Positions 60,904 to 64,000 of a stretch of 64,000 bases of DNA are shown here, piece by piece. This DNA comes from Azolla caroliniana. Lineage: Eukaryota; Plantae; Polypodiophyta. The notes under the pieces are model-generated. The model searched no databases. It was given only the letters and a program-made list of their open reading frames with translations, and had not been told where the DNA came from. Numbering within the stretch: the first letter of the stretch is position 1; each line of letters starts with the position of its first letter. The position numbers were made by a program, and so were the translations under genes. The stretch lies in contig JBHGNT010000020.1 of the NCBI GenBank assembly GCA_043228905.1, forward strand, positions 6,324,001 through 6,388,000. Direction: 5' to 3'.

Positions 60904-62108
60904 TGTCGTGACTCTTGAGTAGGAAGCAGAGAGAGAGAGCGATGGCGATAGAGATAACGATAACGATAGAGATGGCGAGAGCGGTAGAGATAGCGATAGT
61001 GATAGAAAGGGAGTGAAAGATGGAGAGAGTGCGAGAGAGAGAAAAGTATAAGTGAGAGATAAGAAATGGGAATGCGATTATATTATGAGAAAGAAGATTA
61101 CAAGGAGTAGGCTAAGGGCTAAAGACTGGTGTTGAACCGAATGAGTTGTGATGAGTGTATGGACTCTTATTTATAGGCCCTTATGGAGTATTCTAGAATG
61201 TTCTAGAATATTTTAGATATTTATGAATAATAATAATAATAAATATAATCATGAAATATTCAAGAACATTCTAGAATAATCTAGAATGTTCTAAATATCT
61301 CGTAATAACTAAACATATAATTATTATGATTACATCTCACATATGTTATTACAATGGTTAAAGTACAATATGTAAACCAAGAGGTTATGGGTTCGATTCC
61401 TGGTTCGCCAAGATGAATGTCATGATAAGCCAAGATGTATGTCTTCATGACAGGGAGCTTGCAATAAAAAATGACATGATTTTGGAGCATGGCAGTTCAT
61501 GATGCAACTGCCGACTCCCAACAAACCCGCAAGTATACGCCACACCGACACACAATGAAAGCCAATGTCGATGATACAGGTGAGACATTGATTAGCTATA
61601 GGCTAAAAAAATGTCCATAAAGCTTGTGAGACATTGGAGGTTTTTAAGACTGATTTAGAGAAAGCAACATTGGCTGCTATGATGGAGAGCAAAGTCACTT
61701 TGGCAGTTACAACAACTAGAAATAAGATTCAGGTACCAATTGTTTTGCTAGTATGTAAAATGTTATAAATAACTTGTACATGAAAATGTGCTACTGAGGC
61801 ATTATCTAGAATAGGCTGCTCAATATGAGCTTGAAATTGAGGGGTCGTTGGATCCTCAACGGCAAATTCAACTACAAACAGAGATCCAAGTTCTTTCAAT
61901 GAAGCTGAACCTTCTAGGTCTAAATACTGTCGTTGATTACAATTTGGACAAGCTACAAGTAAGTTAATGATTCTTGTTTCTTGTTGTTGTATCTTCCTCA
62001 TTAAGGAATAATTAATTGGTAAATGTCTCGACTGCGTTGAAGGAACAATAGTCCCATCAAGAACAGGTAGTTAGCTTCCTTAAGAAGCAACTACATTTTG
62101 CGGAGGGG

Positions 62109-62378
62109 ATGGTAAGGAGCAGACAAAAATTGGACCTGAACATTCTTGCTCCCTTACCAAATGAAGGAGAACCAGGAAACGATATATTGACTGTTAAAGC
62201 ACGTTGCATCGCTTGTGGATTACGTGTAGAGGACAAATCTGCTACTCTATTGATTCACCTACAACCATCTCAGCACACATACCATATCGTTTGTTTTCAA
62301 TATGCCTATCGCATTGCTGCATTCTGTTTGGGGGATTGTAGTACAACACTCCCAGATGAGTGGAGAAAACTAACAGGT
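62109..62378 (+). pseudogene. Exon-like segment encoding a degenerate RING-H2-like finger
   Basis: CIAC...P(S)QHTYHIVC...CLGDC with the third Cys replaced by Ser. Ends at a cag|gtaaa donor. Confidence 0.5.
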
Positions 62379-62399
62379 AAAATTGTTGCTTGTAACCAT

Positions 62400-63676
62400 A
62401 GTGTAGTTAATTAGTTACATCTTTGCTAATTAGGTAAGCCGTATAAAGTGTGGAAACTATTTAGCTGTTATGGTTGTAGTGTAGTAGCTAATTAGCTAAC
62501 ATGTAGTTAATTAGCTAACTGGTAGCTAATTAGCTACTCCCATACTTTAGTTGAGTAGCTAATTTGCTAAGTGGTAGACAATTACCTACTACCATAGTTT
62601 AGTACAATAGCTAATTAGCTAAGTGGTAGCTAATTAGCTACTACCATAGTTTAGTTGAGTAACTAAGTAGCTAAATGGTAGCTAATTAGCTACCACCATA
62701 GTTTAATACAGTAGCTAATTACCTACTACCACAGGTTAGTTGAGTAACTATTTAGCTAAGTGGTAGCTAATTAGCTACTACCATACTTTAGTTGAGTAGC
62801 TAATTAGCTACTACCATAGATTAGTACAATAGCTAATTAGATAACTGGCAGCTAATTAGCTACTACCATACTTTAGTTGAGTAGCTAATTAGCTAAGTGG
62901 TAGCTAAGTAGCTACTACCATAGTTTAGTACAGTAGCTAATTAGCAAATTAGTTAAGTGGTAGCTAATTAGCTACTACCATACTTTAGTACAGTACCTAA
63001 TTAGCTAAGTGTTAGCTAATTAGCTACTACCATACTTTAGCTGAGTAGTAGTACAATACCTAATTAGCTAAGTGTTAGCTAATTAGCTACTACCATCCTT
63101 TAGCTGAGTAGCTAATTAGATAAGTGGTAGCTAATTAGCTACTACCATACTTTAATACAGTAGCTAATTAGCTAAATGCTAGCTAATTAGGTACTACTAT
63201 AGTTTAGTACAATAGCTAATTAGCTATGTGGTAGCTAATTAGCTACTACCATAGTTTAGTACAATAGCTAATTAGCTAAGTGGTAGCTAATTAGCTACTA
63301 CCATACTTTAGCTGAGTAGCTAATTAGGTAAGTGGTAGCTAATTAGCTTTTACCATAGTTTAGTAAATTTGCTAATTAGCTAAGTGGTAGCTAATTAGCT
63401 ACTACCATACTTTAGCTAAGTAGCTAATTAGGTAAGTGGTAGCTAATTAGCTTTTACCATAGTTTAGTAAATTTGCTAATTAGCTAAGTGGTAGCTAATT
63501 AGCTACTACCATACTTTAGCTAAGTAGCTAATTAGCTAAATGGTAGCTAATTAGCTACTACCATAGTTTAATACAGTAGCTAATTAGCTAAGTGGTAGCT
63601 AATTAGCTACTACCATATTTTGATACAATAGCTAATTAGCTAAATGGTAACTAATTAGCTACTACCATACTTTAGT
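62400..63676. repeat. Satellite of ~52-bp units, each with two TAGCTAATTAGCTA palindromes
   Basis: tagctaattagctaagtgg + tagctaattagctactaccata(g/c)tttagtacaa repeated more than 20 times. Confidence 0.96.
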
Positions 63677-63810
63677 TGCTAGATGGTATGACTCATACTA
63701 AATGCTAGAATATAAAGAGGTGACATAATGGTGACTCTTGACCGTTACAGTGTCTATTCACTTTCAAGGTGAGTTCACACACTAGACCAAGTTGAGCTTG
63801 ATTCTCAACA
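63677..63810 (-). repeat. Short (134-bp) 3' LTR of a probable copia element inserted at the satellite
   Basis: Minus strand cttgagggggcg PPT, then tgttgagaatc...tctagca. Confidence 0.7.
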
Positions 63811-64000
63811 CGCCCCCTCAAGCTCAAGTCGGGTCGGTTTCAGACGGTATCTGAAATCCGCTTCGACTCGCATTCCTGAGTCTGCGTCGACTTGCATCGA
63901 CTCGCATTTGGGTTGAAGCATGCTACGGTGTACCAACTTTTGGCCAAAAATTTAGTACTAAATCAAGGAAGAAAATAAACATTAAAAATTGAAAATAAAA

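Larger units (their letters stand above)
55860..61452 (-). mobile_element. Element I: young Tcn1-like chromovirus (Ty3/gypsy) with PBS/gag-start deletion
   Basis: 549-bp LTRs (55860-56408, 60904-61452, one difference seen). TSD gggag. PPT aaaggggggataa. Chromodomain present. Confidence 0.96.
54585..63676 (+). mobile_element. Putative CACTA-like DNA element carrying a decayed spliced gene; host of element I
   Basis: Starts cacta, followed by tagctaattagcta motifs that recur massively at 62400-63676. GT/AG exon-like blocks in between. No transposase or right TIR seen. Confidence 0.35.

Noticed and set aside
62400-63676. Telomeric or proven centromeric repeat
   Set aside because: Not TTTAGGG-type, only ~1.3 kb long, and function cannot be inferred from sequence.

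Overview
Eukaryotic heterochromatin, most likely from a non-seed land plant (inferred from tRNA-Trp-primed gypsy elements, Tcn1-like self-priming chromoviruses, telobox motifs and CG/CHG deamination decay). No intact host gene is visible. The window is a nest of about 15 LTR-retrotransposon insertions, lettered here for reference. A is a young, near-intact non-chromovirus gypsy with a large third ORF (513-10468); it has a third, inverted LTR (22061-22522) and a decayed relative A2. A tRNA-Trp-primed gypsy group includes pol-coding members D, G and M/K and gag-only members B and E. There are Tcn1-like chromoviruses (I, LTR J, non-autonomous H), a split gypsy C, several copia remnants, and a CACTA-like region with a RING-like exon and a palindromic satellite. 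Swapped target-site duplications show an LTR-mediated inversion (at least 10469-22060) that splits four older insertions. Most striking observations: (1) six different LTR families each carry an antisense tRNA-like A-box/B-box module at tRNA spacing; (2) an 88-bp perfect fold-back of one LTR end is integrated with its own 5-bp TSD; (3) a covarying hairpin sits a fixed 17-18 nt before the 3' LTR in five Trp-primed elements; (4) the same group makes 4-bp, CG-centred target duplications. Coordinates were read by eye and decayed boundaries are approximate.
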